Both the position numbers and the translations under genes were made by a program. A DNA stretch of 64,000 nucleotides, from the IMG/VR virus record IMGVR_UViG_3300031088_000793; one strand, written 5' to 3'. Shown here piece by piece: positions 55,858 through 63,712 of the stretch (its first letter is position 1; every line of letters begins with the position of its first letter). This DNA comes from a virus (Duplodnaviria; Heunggongvirae; Uroviricota; Caudoviricetes). The notes beneath the pieces are model-generated. The model ran no database searches, was not told the origin of the DNA, and was given only the letters and a program-made list of their open reading frames with translations.

Positions 55858-55886
55858 TTGACAGCTGAAGGCTCCGGGCGTACTAT
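55858..55886 (+). promoter_or_regulatory. sigmaA-type leaderless promoter
   Basis: TTGACA-17-TACTAT-6-ATG. Confidence 0.85.
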
Positions 55887-55892
55887 GGATCC

Positions 55893-56201
55893 ATGGACGC
55901 CACCACGAACCCCACCACCGTCTCCACCTCGCAGCGCTGGAGCGCACTGGCCCCCACGACCCCGAAGCTCTCCACCGCCGACTACGCGGAGTTCTTCGCC
56001 ACGGCCGGCACCGGCACCGTGATCCAGGTCTGGGACGACCTCTTCAGCCGCGTTCCCGACGGCGACTGGATCAACCTCAACGAGATCGTCCAGGGCGACG
56101 GCGAGTACACCTCTTCCACCAACGAGAGCTCGACTCCCGAGGCCATGGCGAGCTGGGCAATCCGGGACGCTCGAGGCGTCACGGTGCTCCGGCTCCGCTG
56201 A
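55893..56201 (+). CDS. family E protein 3/3
   Basis: Close paralog of 55480..55788. Confidence 0.8.
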   Translation: MDATTNPTTVSTSQRWSALAPTTPKLSTADYAEFFATAGTGTVIQVWDDLFSRVPDGDWINLNEIVQGDGEYTSSTNESSTPEAMASWAIRDARGVTVLRLR

Positions 56202-56252
56202 GCTCTCAGCTCAAAGCTCAGGCTCCGACTTCCTCCGGGAGGTTCGGAGCCT
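56201..56252 (+). repeat. 52-bp direct repeat containing the hairpin, copy 2
   Basis: Identical to 56637-56688. Confidence 0.9.
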
Positions 56253-56271
56253 GAGCTCGTTTCGGTGGCCA

Positions 56272-56300
56272 TTGACAGCAGCTCATCAGTATCATAGGAT
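56272..56300 (+). promoter_or_regulatory. sigmaA-type leaderless promoter
   Basis: TTGACA-17-TAGGAT-6-ATG. Confidence 0.85.
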
Positions 56301-56306
56301 GATCCC

Positions 56307-56618
56307 ATGACTGACATCAACAGCAACCACGACCGCCTCGTCGCCAACGCTCAGGAAGGTCTCGCTGAGCTCACCGAGACCCTGAGCAAGAAGGTCGACC
56401 TCCTGAACGGGCTCAAGTGGGGCCGTGGTGCTGAGGAGGAAGCTCGGCTCACCGCCAAGGTCCGAGGCGTCGAGACCGGGCTTCGAATCGCTCAGGACGC
56501 TGAGTCGCCGAACCTCGCCTACTGGGCCATGAGCGAAGCGCTCCCCACCACCCTGGAGAGCGAGCGTCCCGGCCTGGAGATCGCCATCCAGGACGCCATG
56601 CTGATCTCGCGGCTCTAG
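56307..56618 (+). CDS. helical hypothetical protein
   Basis: Leaderless, flanked by the 52-bp repeats. Confidence 0.8.
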   Translation: MTDINSNHDRLVANAQEGLAELTETLSKKVDLLNGLKWGRGAEEEARLTAKVRGVETGLRIAQDAESPNLAYWAMSEALPTTLESERPGLEIAIQDAMLISRL

Positions 56619-56636
56619 CCCTAGGGCTCACAGAGT

Positions 56637-56688
56637 AGCTCTCAGCTCAAAGCTCAGGCTCCGACTTCCTCCGGGAGGTTCGGAGCCT
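56637..56688 (+). repeat. 52-bp direct repeat, copy 3
   Basis: Identical to 56201-56252. Confidence 0.9.
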
Positions 56689-56706
56689 TAGCTCTTTCGG
56701 GGAGCA

Positions 56707-56735
56707 TTGACAGGGCTGCTGGCATCGGATAGCAT
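56707..56735 (+). promoter_or_regulatory. sigmaA-type leaderless promoter
   Basis: TTGACA-17-TAGCAT-6-ATG. Confidence 0.85.
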
Positions 56736-56741
56736 GGCCCC

Positions 56742-57488
56742 ATGACGACTAAGATCACCGAAGAGAAGCGCATCCGGGACCTCGGCGGAGCAACCGATGA
56801 GGTCGACTTCGGCTACGCTGGACAGGACTTCAAGGTCCCCGCCTACCCCGGCACCGTCGGTCTCTACATCGACTCGGAGATCCGGGAAGGCTACATCATC
56901 CAGGAAGTCCCCGGTGGCTACCGCTACATCTCCATCGACCACCCGGACTTCGAGATGGGGGAAGATGGCATCGAGCGTCGGCTCCCGGTCGCTGACGAGT
57001 ACGGCTCCGTGGTGGAGAGCATCCGCGCCGCAGTCCAGAGCGCTCGCGACCACCTCCACGGCCTGATGGGGGACAGGGCCGACGGCTACCGGGAGTGGAG
57101 CAAGCGCCTCGCCGAGGACGCTGCCAAGATTCCCCTGGAGAACATCGTCGAGAGCTACACTGCCGACGGCACCGGCTACCTCATCCAGCAGACAGAGGAG
57201 GGACTCTTCCGCTGGATCTATGTGGAGCCCCTCATGGGTGACGAGGTCTGCGATGTGCTCTACTACACTCCCCTCGGCCCAGCTCGCAGTGCCTACAGCG
57301 ACTGGCTCTCCTCGGGTGGCCACCAGAGCGACAATGAGTGGAGCTTCCGTCTCTGCGCCGACGCCTACCGGGAGGACAGCTCCGGGAAGGACGCTGTGGC
57401 GGAGTACCTCGCTGCAGAGCTCCCCGACCTGACTCCGGAGCGCATCGAGGAGCTCAGTCGCCACATCCGCAGCCTTAGCGCCAAGTGA
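56742..57488 (+). CDS. family D protein 3/7 (two repeats)
   Basis: GYIIQE..GGYRYI and GYLIQQ...LFRWI. Confidence 0.8.
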   Translation: MTTKITEEKRIRDLGGATDEVDFGYAGQDFKVPAYPGTVGLYIDSEIREGYIIQEVPGGYRYISIDHPDFEMGEDGIERRLPVADEYGSVVESIRAAVQSARDHLHGLMGDRADGYREWSKRLAEDAAKIPLENIVESYTADGTGYLIQQTEEGLFRWIYVEPLMGDEVCDVLYYTPLGPARSAYSDWLSSGGHQSDNEWSFRLCADAYREDSSGKDAVAEYLAAELPDLTPERIEELSRHIRSLSAK

Positions 57489-57580
57489 CCCATCGCCCCT
57501 GGGCGCAAACCATTAGGCCGCCCCTGGAGCACTGTCCTCAGACCGTTGACAGCGCTCCGGGGGCAGCGTACTATGGTCCC

Positions 57581-57883
57581 ATGGACATCACTCCCACCGC
57601 CGCTCCCGTCGAGCGCCCCGAGCTCATGCCGCAGCCCGGCAACCGGCCTCCCTCGGCCTGCCCCGGGGAGCACAGGAGTCCCTCGGCCTGCCCCTGGTGC
57701 CACTTCGATCCCCTCTTCCAGTTCGTTCCCGTGCGCTCGGTCCGCGTCCACCTCACCCTGGGCCGGGACCGGGATCTCGCCTACTGCGGCGTCCGGGGTG
57801 AGCAGACCACCATGGTGGAGGAGATCACCTGCGCTGCCTGCAACGCTCGGGCCGACGAGATCTTCGAGGCCACCGGCATCTGA
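57581..57883 (+). CDS. Cys-rich putative zinc-binding protein, leaderless
   Basis: TTGACA-17-TACTAT-6-ATG (57546-57574); C..H...CPWC and H...CG...CAAC. Confidence 0.75.
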   Translation: MDITPTAAPVERPELMPQPGNRPPSACPGEHRSPSACPWCHFDPLFQFVPVRSVRVHLTLGRDRDLAYCGVRGEQTTMVEEITCAACNARADEIFEATGI

Positions 57884-57910
57884 CTAAAAATCAACAGATA
57901 GGAAACAGCT

Positions 57911-58204
57911 ATGAACAGCATTCTTCTCAAGCTCGGCATCGATCTGAAGGCCATCGCAGCCGACCGCAAGGTCGCACCGAAGGACTACAGGCAAATGAAG
58001 CTCAAGCTCGTAGCCTTCGCGCTGGCGCTGACTCCCGCCACGGTGTTCTTCGCGTTTTCCATCCCGAGCGGCATCATGCCCCTGGCTGCGGTCTTGGCCG
58101 TCGCAGCGATGCCGCTGTTCTGTGCGGCCTCCTTCTTGCCCCTCTCGGACCACATGACCCACACGGTTCGCAAGGAAGGCGGACTGCTCGAGCTCCAGGC
58201 CTAA
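57911..58204 (+). CDS. two-TM membrane protein
   Basis: AGGA RBS; hydrophobic helices. Confidence 0.7.
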   Translation: MNSILLKLGIDLKAIAADRKVAPKDYRQMKLKLVAFALALTPATVFFAFSIPSGIMPLAAVLAVAAMPLFCAASFLPLSDHMTHTVRKEGGLLELQA

Positions 58205-58493
58205 GGTTTAGAGCCTCTCAGTTCCCCGGTAGCAGAATCGCGGACTCAGGACCTCGGAACGGCGCTTTTCTGACGCCGCTCTCAGCACGATTTTCGCAGT
58301 CTGAGCGCGCAGCCTAGAGCATCGGTCTCATCGACGCTCTAGGCTGCCCTCCTGCGACCGTAGGTCGAAGTCGGTGCGGTACTGTCCAGATCGAATAACG
58401 ACGCACGAGGACAGCTTTCCTGGCTGAAGTACCACCGCTCAGCCCGCGCGAACTCCGGTTGACAGACCCAGCCCAGCTGCGTAGGATGGATCC

Positions 58494-59135
58494 ATGTTGT
58501 TCGTCTTCGAGGATGCTCCGGCCATCGCCGTCGAGCCAGCGAGCGAGCAACCGACTTCAGCTGATCTCAGCTGGCACCGGGAGCCTGCGCTCAGCCTCTA
58601 CAGCCTCAGTGGCGCCGCAGCGAGGGCCACTGAGCACCGCCTGGGCATCTGTGAGATCTACGGGGAGAGGGACTTCGGCTACCTCATCCAGAGGACGCTC
58701 ACGGGGAAGTACCGCTACCTCTACTACTACACTAGCTCCAAGAGGGTCCTCAAGGGACCGCTCCTGGAGTCAGAATTCGGTGCTGTGGAATCTGCGCTGG
58801 CAGACTGCCGCAGCAGGGGCAGGACCCACCGGGACACCCACTGGGCTGACCAGCTACGGCTCATCTGCGATGAACCGATCGAGGAGGTCACAGGTGAAGC
58901 CGAGGTAGAGCTCCCTTCGAATCTCAGCGCCTCCGAAGCCTACGATGGCTCCCTCTTCTACGACACCATCCTCGAGATCTTCGAGGAGCCCCTTGCTGCA
59001 GAGGAAGTCGCCGAGGAGTGGCTGTTCTCGGACGAGGATGAGATCCTGGACTCTGAGAGCATGGAGGCCGCCGAAGAGCGCCGGCGCCACTACCGCTACG
59101 ACCCCGAGCCCATCGTCCTCTACGAGGATTTCTGA
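58494..59135 (+). CDS. family D protein 4/7 with acidic tail, leaderless
   Basis: TTGACA-17-TAGGAT-6-ATG (58459-58487); very close to 54171 repeat 1. Confidence 0.8.
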   Translation: MLFVFEDAPAIAVEPASEQPTSADLSWHREPALSLYSLSGAAARATEHRLGICEIYGERDFGYLIQRTLTGKYRYLYYYTSSKRVLKGPLLESEFGAVESALADCRSRGRTHRDTHWADQLRLICDEPIEEVTGEAEVELPSNLSASEAYDGSLFYDTILEIFEEPLAAEEVAEEWLFSDEDEILDSESMEAAEERRRHYRYDPEPIVLYEDF

Positions 59136-59232
59136 GCGCTACAGCCTGGAGCTCAGCGAAGGTCAGGTAGGGAGACCCTAGGGAGCTGGCGGGTAGTTGA
59201 CAGCTGTGGCCAGAGTGGCATAGGATGGACCC

Positions 59233-60021
59233 ATGTACTATCTCTTTGATCGAGCGCCGACGGGTGAGCTCAATTCGAGCCCCTCCTCCCCGAGCCCCAG
59301 GCCCCAGAGCGCCTTCGCTGCTGCGCTCACCCATCAGGGGATCGTAGCCACCTACGGCGAGGACGACTTCGGCTACATCATCAGGCAGTCCTCCACCGGC
59401 GAGTACCACTTCGTCTATTTCTGCGCGGGCAAGTACGACTCAGTGAGCATCGGCTACTCCAGCCAGGCCATCGCCACTCGGAACGCCTACCTCGACAGCA
59501 AGTCCCGAGGGATCTCCAAGCGCGATCTCCACTGGCTCAGAGAGCTCCGGCTCCAGAGCGAGGGCCTGGCCCTGGAGGAAAATCGACGCGCGAAGAGCGG
59601 CGGTGAAGCCGACCAGATCCTCAGGCAGAGAGCCGAGGCGCTCGAAGCTGAGAACAGAGCGCTCAGAGCTGAGACTGAGGCATCCCTGGCTCGACTGGAG
59701 GATCTCAAGCTCCAGGCCGATCTATCCATCGAGCGCTCTCCGCGGGATGTCGCTGAGGCTCGCTATGCCAGTCTCCTCGTAGCATCCTTCGGGGACAGCA
59801 AGCGGGGCTATCTCATCCTGAGATCCGTCACAGGGCTCTACCGCTTCCTTCGCTACACCGGCGTGACCCACAAGATGGGCTCGGGCTACGGCACACAGCG
59901 AGGTGCGATCCAGGGAGCCTACGAGGACTGCCAGCGGCAGCTCTCCTACGAGGCTCACTGGGACTGGGTCGTCGATCTCAAGGAGTCAGCTCAGTCCCTG
60001 AGCCCCAGGCCGCTCCGATGA
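59233..60021 (+). CDS. family D protein 5/7 (two repeats plus coiled coil), leaderless
   Basis: TTGACA-18-TAGGAT-6-ATG (59197-59226). Confidence 0.8.
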   Translation: MYYLFDRAPTGELNSSPSSPSPRPQSAFAAALTHQGIVATYGEDDFGYIIRQSSTGEYHFVYFCAGKYDSVSIGYSSQAIATRNAYLDSKSRGISKRDLHWLRELRLQSEGLALEENRRAKSGGEADQILRQRAEALEAENRALRAETEASLARLEDLKLQADLSIERSPRDVAEARYASLLVASFGDSKRGYLILRSVTGLYRFLRYTGVTHKMGSGYGTQRGAIQGAYEDCQRQLSYEAHWDWVVDLKESAQSLSPRPLR

Positions 60022-60695
60022 TCTACTTCGGCCAGAGATCGACAGCTCAGTCCGAAGCCATCGACCGGAGCAGGACCCCCCACCCGGATGCCGAGGCGCG
60101 ATCCATCGTCGCCAGGTATGAGAACAACGGCCGGGGCTATCTGCTGAAGTCCATGGGTGGACTCTCGGGCTCGGCCTCCTACAAGTTCATCCGGATCGAG
60201 CCTGGGGTCGAGGACTTCCACAGCACGATCTACGGATCCAAGCTCAAGGCCCTGGACGGAATCTTCTACGACAGGCTATCCCAGCCCTGGGGTGTCTGGG
60301 GAGAGAGATGGATCGAGGATCTCGTCCTCGCCATCGCTGCGCTACAGCCCCTCACTGAGAGCTGCGCCCACGGCCGAGCCACAGCCCGCTTTGCCAAGAG
60401 ACAGCTCGCCGTCTACGGGGACTCAGAGCTCGGCTACCTCATCGGCCAGAACCTCCGGGGCCGCTATCGCTTCGTCTACTACTGCGGCAGCGGAGAGGAA
60501 GTCAGCTCTTCCTTCCGCAGCGAAGCTGAGGCTCTGAGGGCTGCCGCCGATGACTGTGCCCGTCGAGACCGGCGCCACTGGGGGATGCCCTGGGCAGCTA
60601 AGCTCATCGAGGTGACCGAAGCTGCTGAGCGCGAGGAGGAAGACGATCTCCCTCTCTGTGACGATGAGCTCCACAGCTACGACGGGCTCTGGTGA
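60018..60695 (+). CDS. family D protein 6/7 (two repeats)
   Basis: ATGA overlap; YENNGRGYLL and YGDSELGYLI. Confidence 0.8.
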   Translation: MIYFGQRSTAQSEAIDRSRTPHPDAEARSIVARYENNGRGYLLKSMGGLSGSASYKFIRIEPGVEDFHSTIYGSKLKALDGIFYDRLSQPWGVWGERWIEDLVLAIAALQPLTESCAHGRATARFAKRQLAVYGDSELGYLIGQNLRGRYRFVYYCGSGEEVSSSFRSEAEALRAAADDCARRDRRHWGMPWAAKLIEVTEAAEREEEDDLPLCDDELHSYDGLW

Positions 60696-60799
60696 GCCAT
60701 GAGAAAATCACCATGGAGCGTTCAGGGTCCGAGAGCAATGGACAGATAGAGCAGTACTCCCTCCGGGGAGCATGAGACAGAGACACGGAGGCCACCACG

Positions 60800-61150
60800 A
60801 TGATCTTCTTCAAGGAGCTCGAGCGCAGCCATGCTACTGAGTCTAGAAATGCCATCGGCCGGCCATCGGCTCAGCACAAGGCCATGGCTGGACTCAAGGG
60901 ACTCGTGGGGGTCTATGGGGATAGTGACCGGGGCTACCTCCTCAAGAAGTCCTCGAATGCCTACCACTTCCTCCACTATGAGAAGGGCTACTACGACGAG
61001 CTCAGCGAGGGCTTCGTCACCATGGAGGAAGCTCTGGGCCGAGCCTACTTCGATGCTGAGGCTCGAGGCCGCACTCACCTCGGCACTCACTGGGCGCTGG
61101 TGCTCCAGGACTACGGCGACAGACTCTGGAGCAGTGAGCTCAACGGCTGA
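60800..61150 (+). CDS. family D protein 7/7
   Basis: YGDSDRGYLL...THWA; GGAGG RBS. Confidence 0.8.
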   Translation: MIFFKELERSHATESRNAIGRPSAQHKAMAGLKGLVGVYGDSDRGYLLKKSSNAYHFLHYEKGYYDELSEGFVTMEEALGRAYFDAEARGRTHLGTHWALVLQDYGDRLWSSELNG

Positions 61151-61203
61151 ACACCTGCCGATTGGCCGTTGACAGCTCTCAGCTCAGGGCATAGCATAGC
61201 CCC

Positions 61204-61419
61204 ATGGACACCATCGACACGGCCGCCGCTCCGCAGATCTCCGAGGCCCGTCAGGCCGCAATCCGAATCGGCGAGTTCCTCATTGCCTTCGCCAGCGACC
61301 GGGCTTCCCTCCCGGACTCCATCGCTGAGACTCACATCGGCGCCGGTCAGTCCGCTGACACCGCGCTCCTCACCGATGACCTCCTCACGCTGATCGCGGC
61401 GGCCCGGGAGCTCGGCTAG
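61204..61419 (+). CDS. small hypothetical protein, leaderless
   Basis: TTGACA-17-TAGCAT-6-ATG (61169-61197). Confidence 0.75.
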   Translation: MDTIDTAAAPQISEARQAAIRIGEFLIAFASDRASLPDSIAETHIGAGQSADTALLTDDLLTLIAAARELG

Positions 61420-61463
61420 GCTCAGCGGTTGACTTCCTCTGAGTCAGCGCATAGATTGATCCC

Positions 61464-61904
61464 GTGATCGACTACGGCTACTACTCCGGCATGCTCTCCA
61501 TCGGGAGCGAGCTCGACGAGGACACCCGGGAGACCTACACCGAGGGTGACTGCTACCTCCTGGCCTGGGAGCTCGCTGAGCTCGGCCTCGGAGAGCTCGT
61601 CGCCGTCGTGGATCCCCTCCAGCCCGTGGCTCGCCGCCGGGCCTGGACCCACATGGCCGTCCGCACTCCCGAGGGCTACATCCTCGACGCCGACGGTCTC
61701 AACGAGCCCGGCCTCACCCTGAGCAACTACGGCTGGGAGCTTCCCCAGGGAGGCGCCATCGAGGCCATCTCCCTGGAGGAGTACGGAGTGCTCATCGACA
61801 GCCAGCCGGGGAGCATCCACAGCACACCCACCGTCCGGCTCGTCGCCCTGGAGCTCAAGGCCTGGCTCAAGACCATGCCGCCCCTCGCTCCCCTGGCTCA
61901 GTGA
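61464..61904 (+). CDS. putative Cys-His-Asp (papain/transglutaminase-like) enzyme, leaderless
   Basis: YT.GDC..LA..L, WTH..V, LD.DG; TTGACT-17-TAGATT-6-GTG. Confidence 0.6.
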   Translation: MIDYGYYSGMLSIGSELDEDTRETYTEGDCYLLAWELAELGLGELVAVVDPLQPVARRRAWTHMAVRTPEGYILDADGLNEPGLTLSNYGWELPQGGAIEAISLEEYGVLIDSQPGSIHSTPTVRLVALELKAWLKTMPPLAPLAQ

Positions 61905-61949
61905 GCCTCCACCGATCCCCTTCAGCAACTTTCAACAGAGGACAGCACC

Positions 61950-62303
61950 GTGACGACCGAGACCCCCACCGCTACGCTCACCATCGACGGCTTCGAGCCC
62001 AACGCTGAGGAGCGCTGGGTGATCCACTCCGCTCTCCTCGCACAGATCGATGACATGCACGCGGGAGGTGTCTACAGCTGGACGAAGGCTCAGGTAGCTG
62101 CAGCCTGGCGGATCCTCGCCGCGCTCACGGGCACCGAGCTGGGTGAGACTCCCGAGGGCTATGGAGAGAGCGTCGGCTCCAAGGTCATCGTGAGCTCCCT
62201 GCTGGTTCCGCTCTACGACCTTGACCACCCGGAGCTCCAGGACGCCGAGTGGGCCGAGGGTGAGCGGCTGATCTCGCTGCTCACTCCCGAGTTCGGCCGC
62301 TGA
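61950..62303 (+). CDS. hypothetical protein
   Basis: GAGGA RBS. Confidence 0.7.
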   Translation: MTTETPTATLTIDGFEPNAEERWVIHSALLAQIDDMHAGGVYSWTKAQVAAAWRILAALTGTELGETPEGYGESVGSKVIVSSLLVPLYDLDHPELQDAEWAEGERLISLLTPEFGR

Positions 62304-62362
62304 GCCTAGCGCCTATAGGCTAGTCGGTTGACAGCAGTCTGTGGGAGGCATAGCATTGACCC

Positions 62363-62746
62363 ATGGACACCACCGAGACCACCACCCCCACCGTCAGCGC
62401 GGGATCCTCGCTGAACCCCAGCTCGACCTACGGCTACATCCGCAGCTTCCTCGTCGGTCGGACCGGCAAGGAATTCCTGCAGGAGTGCTACGGCCTGCAG
62501 GAGGCCTACGAGGAGCACACCGACACTGAGATCGCGGATCAGGCTCACCGACTCCTGGCCAAGCTCATCGGCCTGGCCACGGCCCAGGGCTTCCAGTTCA
62601 GCATGGCCTCCCGGGTCATCGCCCACGGCTACCCGGGCGTCGTCGTCGAGACCCACGAGCACGACGAGTACCTCGCCGGCATGGTCACCGTCCGCCTCGA
62701 GAGCGGCGAGATCATCGTTCCCCGCAGCGAGCTGATCCCCGCGTGA
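62363..62746 (+). CDS. hypothetical protein with C-terminal SH3-like barrel, leaderless
   Basis: TTGACA-17-TAGCAT-6-ATG (62328-62356). Confidence 0.75.
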   Translation: MDTTETTTPTVSAGSSLNPSSTYGYIRSFLVGRTGKEFLQECYGLQEAYEEHTDTEIADQAHRLLAKLIGLATAQGFQFSMASRVIAHGYPGVVVETHEHDEYLAGMVTVRLESGEIIVPRSELIPA

Positions 62747-63069
62747 CTCGGAGCAAGAAGTCCACCACCGTCCCCGGGACTCCCCTGGAGATCGCCATCC
62801 GGGAGAAGACTCGGACCAACGGCCACATGCGGACGGCCCAGCGAACGCTCTCGGCCGCCCAGACCGCGCTGAAGGAGGCTCAGGAGGCAGTCGCAGCTGC
62901 TCAGGCTGTGGTCACCGAGAAGCAGTTCAAGTTCCTCGCCGCCAGCGCCAGCCTCTCGGAGCTCAAGGCAGCCGAGGAAGCTCGTACTGCTGAGCCCGAC
63001 TTCTGGACGGTGCCCTCGGTGATGAACGGCCGGCCCGTGACGCTGAAGTGCCGAGCTCGACTGAGCTAA
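62743..63069 (+). CDS. coiled-coil protein
   Basis: GTGA overlap; Ala-rich heptads. Confidence 0.7.
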   Translation: MTRSKKSTTVPGTPLEIAIREKTRTNGHMRTAQRTLSAAQTALKEAQEAVAAAQAVVTEKQFKFLAASASLSELKAAEEARTAEPDFWTVPSVMNGRPVTLKCRARLS

Positions 63070-63090
63070 GAGCTCACTGAGAGGAGTTCC

Positions 63091-63453
63091 ATGGCTGTCT
63101 ATGTGGACAACATGTTCAAGGCTGCGAAGGTCAAGAACGGCAACCGCTCGGTGAGAGCTGAGTGGTGCCACATGCAGGCCGACACTCCCGAGGAGCTCGA
63201 CGCCATGGCAGACGCCATCGGACTCCGTCGCTCCTGGATTCAGTTTCCAGAGGATCCCGTCAAGCGCCACTACGATGTGACTCGGCCCCGGCGTGCGGCT
63301 GCGGTAGCGCTGGGAGCCATCGAGATCGGCATGCTTGATCTCGCTCGAATGCGGAACCAGTGGCGCCGAGCTCTCGATGCCCAGAGGATCGAAGCCGCTC
63401 AGCAGGACGGCACAGAGTCTCAGCCCACTGGGCCCGAACAGAGAGAAGACTGA
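63091..63453 (+). CDS. DUF4031-family protein
   Basis: MAVYVD...WCHM.AD..EEL..MA..IGL.R.W.Q...HYD.....R..AV.LGA. Confidence 0.85.
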   Translation: MAVYVDNMFKAAKVKNGNRSVRAEWCHMQADTPEELDAMADAIGLRRSWIQFPEDPVKRHYDVTRPRRAAAVALGAIEIGMLDLARMRNQWRRALDAQRIEAAQQDGTESQPTGPEQRED

Positions 63454-63454
63454 G

Positions 63455-63595
63455 ATGCTTGACCGGGACGAGATCCTCTCGCTGATCAGATCAGCAGAGA
63501 CAGAGGAAGAGGCGGCCGATGCCATCCACCAGGAGCTCCAGAACGGTGCTGATGCTGATGCGCTGGAGGCCTACTGGCGGGACCAGCTCGGCTGA
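63455..63595 (+). CDS. small acidic protein (46 aa)
   Basis: MLDRDEIL start 1 nt after the previous stop. Confidence 0.55.
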   Translation: MLDRDEILSLIRSAETEEEAADAIHQELQNGADADALEAYWRDQLG

Positions 63596-63712
63596 GACTC
63601 TAGTCGGCCTGGTAAAGTTACCACTGGAGCCTAGAGATGGTTGCGCTGAGCCGGAGCGCGGTGTAGGTTGAAACTACACCACATCACCGCCATAGCTTCG
63701 GAGGAACTCCCC

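Noticed and set aside
55801-56688. Repeated palindromes as a CRISPR array
   Set aside because: Repeats are separated by whole genes of about 350-400 bp rather than 30-40 bp spacers; no cas genes.
58205-58455. 250-nt intergenic region with hairpin GCAGCCTAGAGC...GCTCTAGGCTGC as an ncRNA
   Set aside because: Single copy, no promoter or covariation support; a terminator explains the hairpin.
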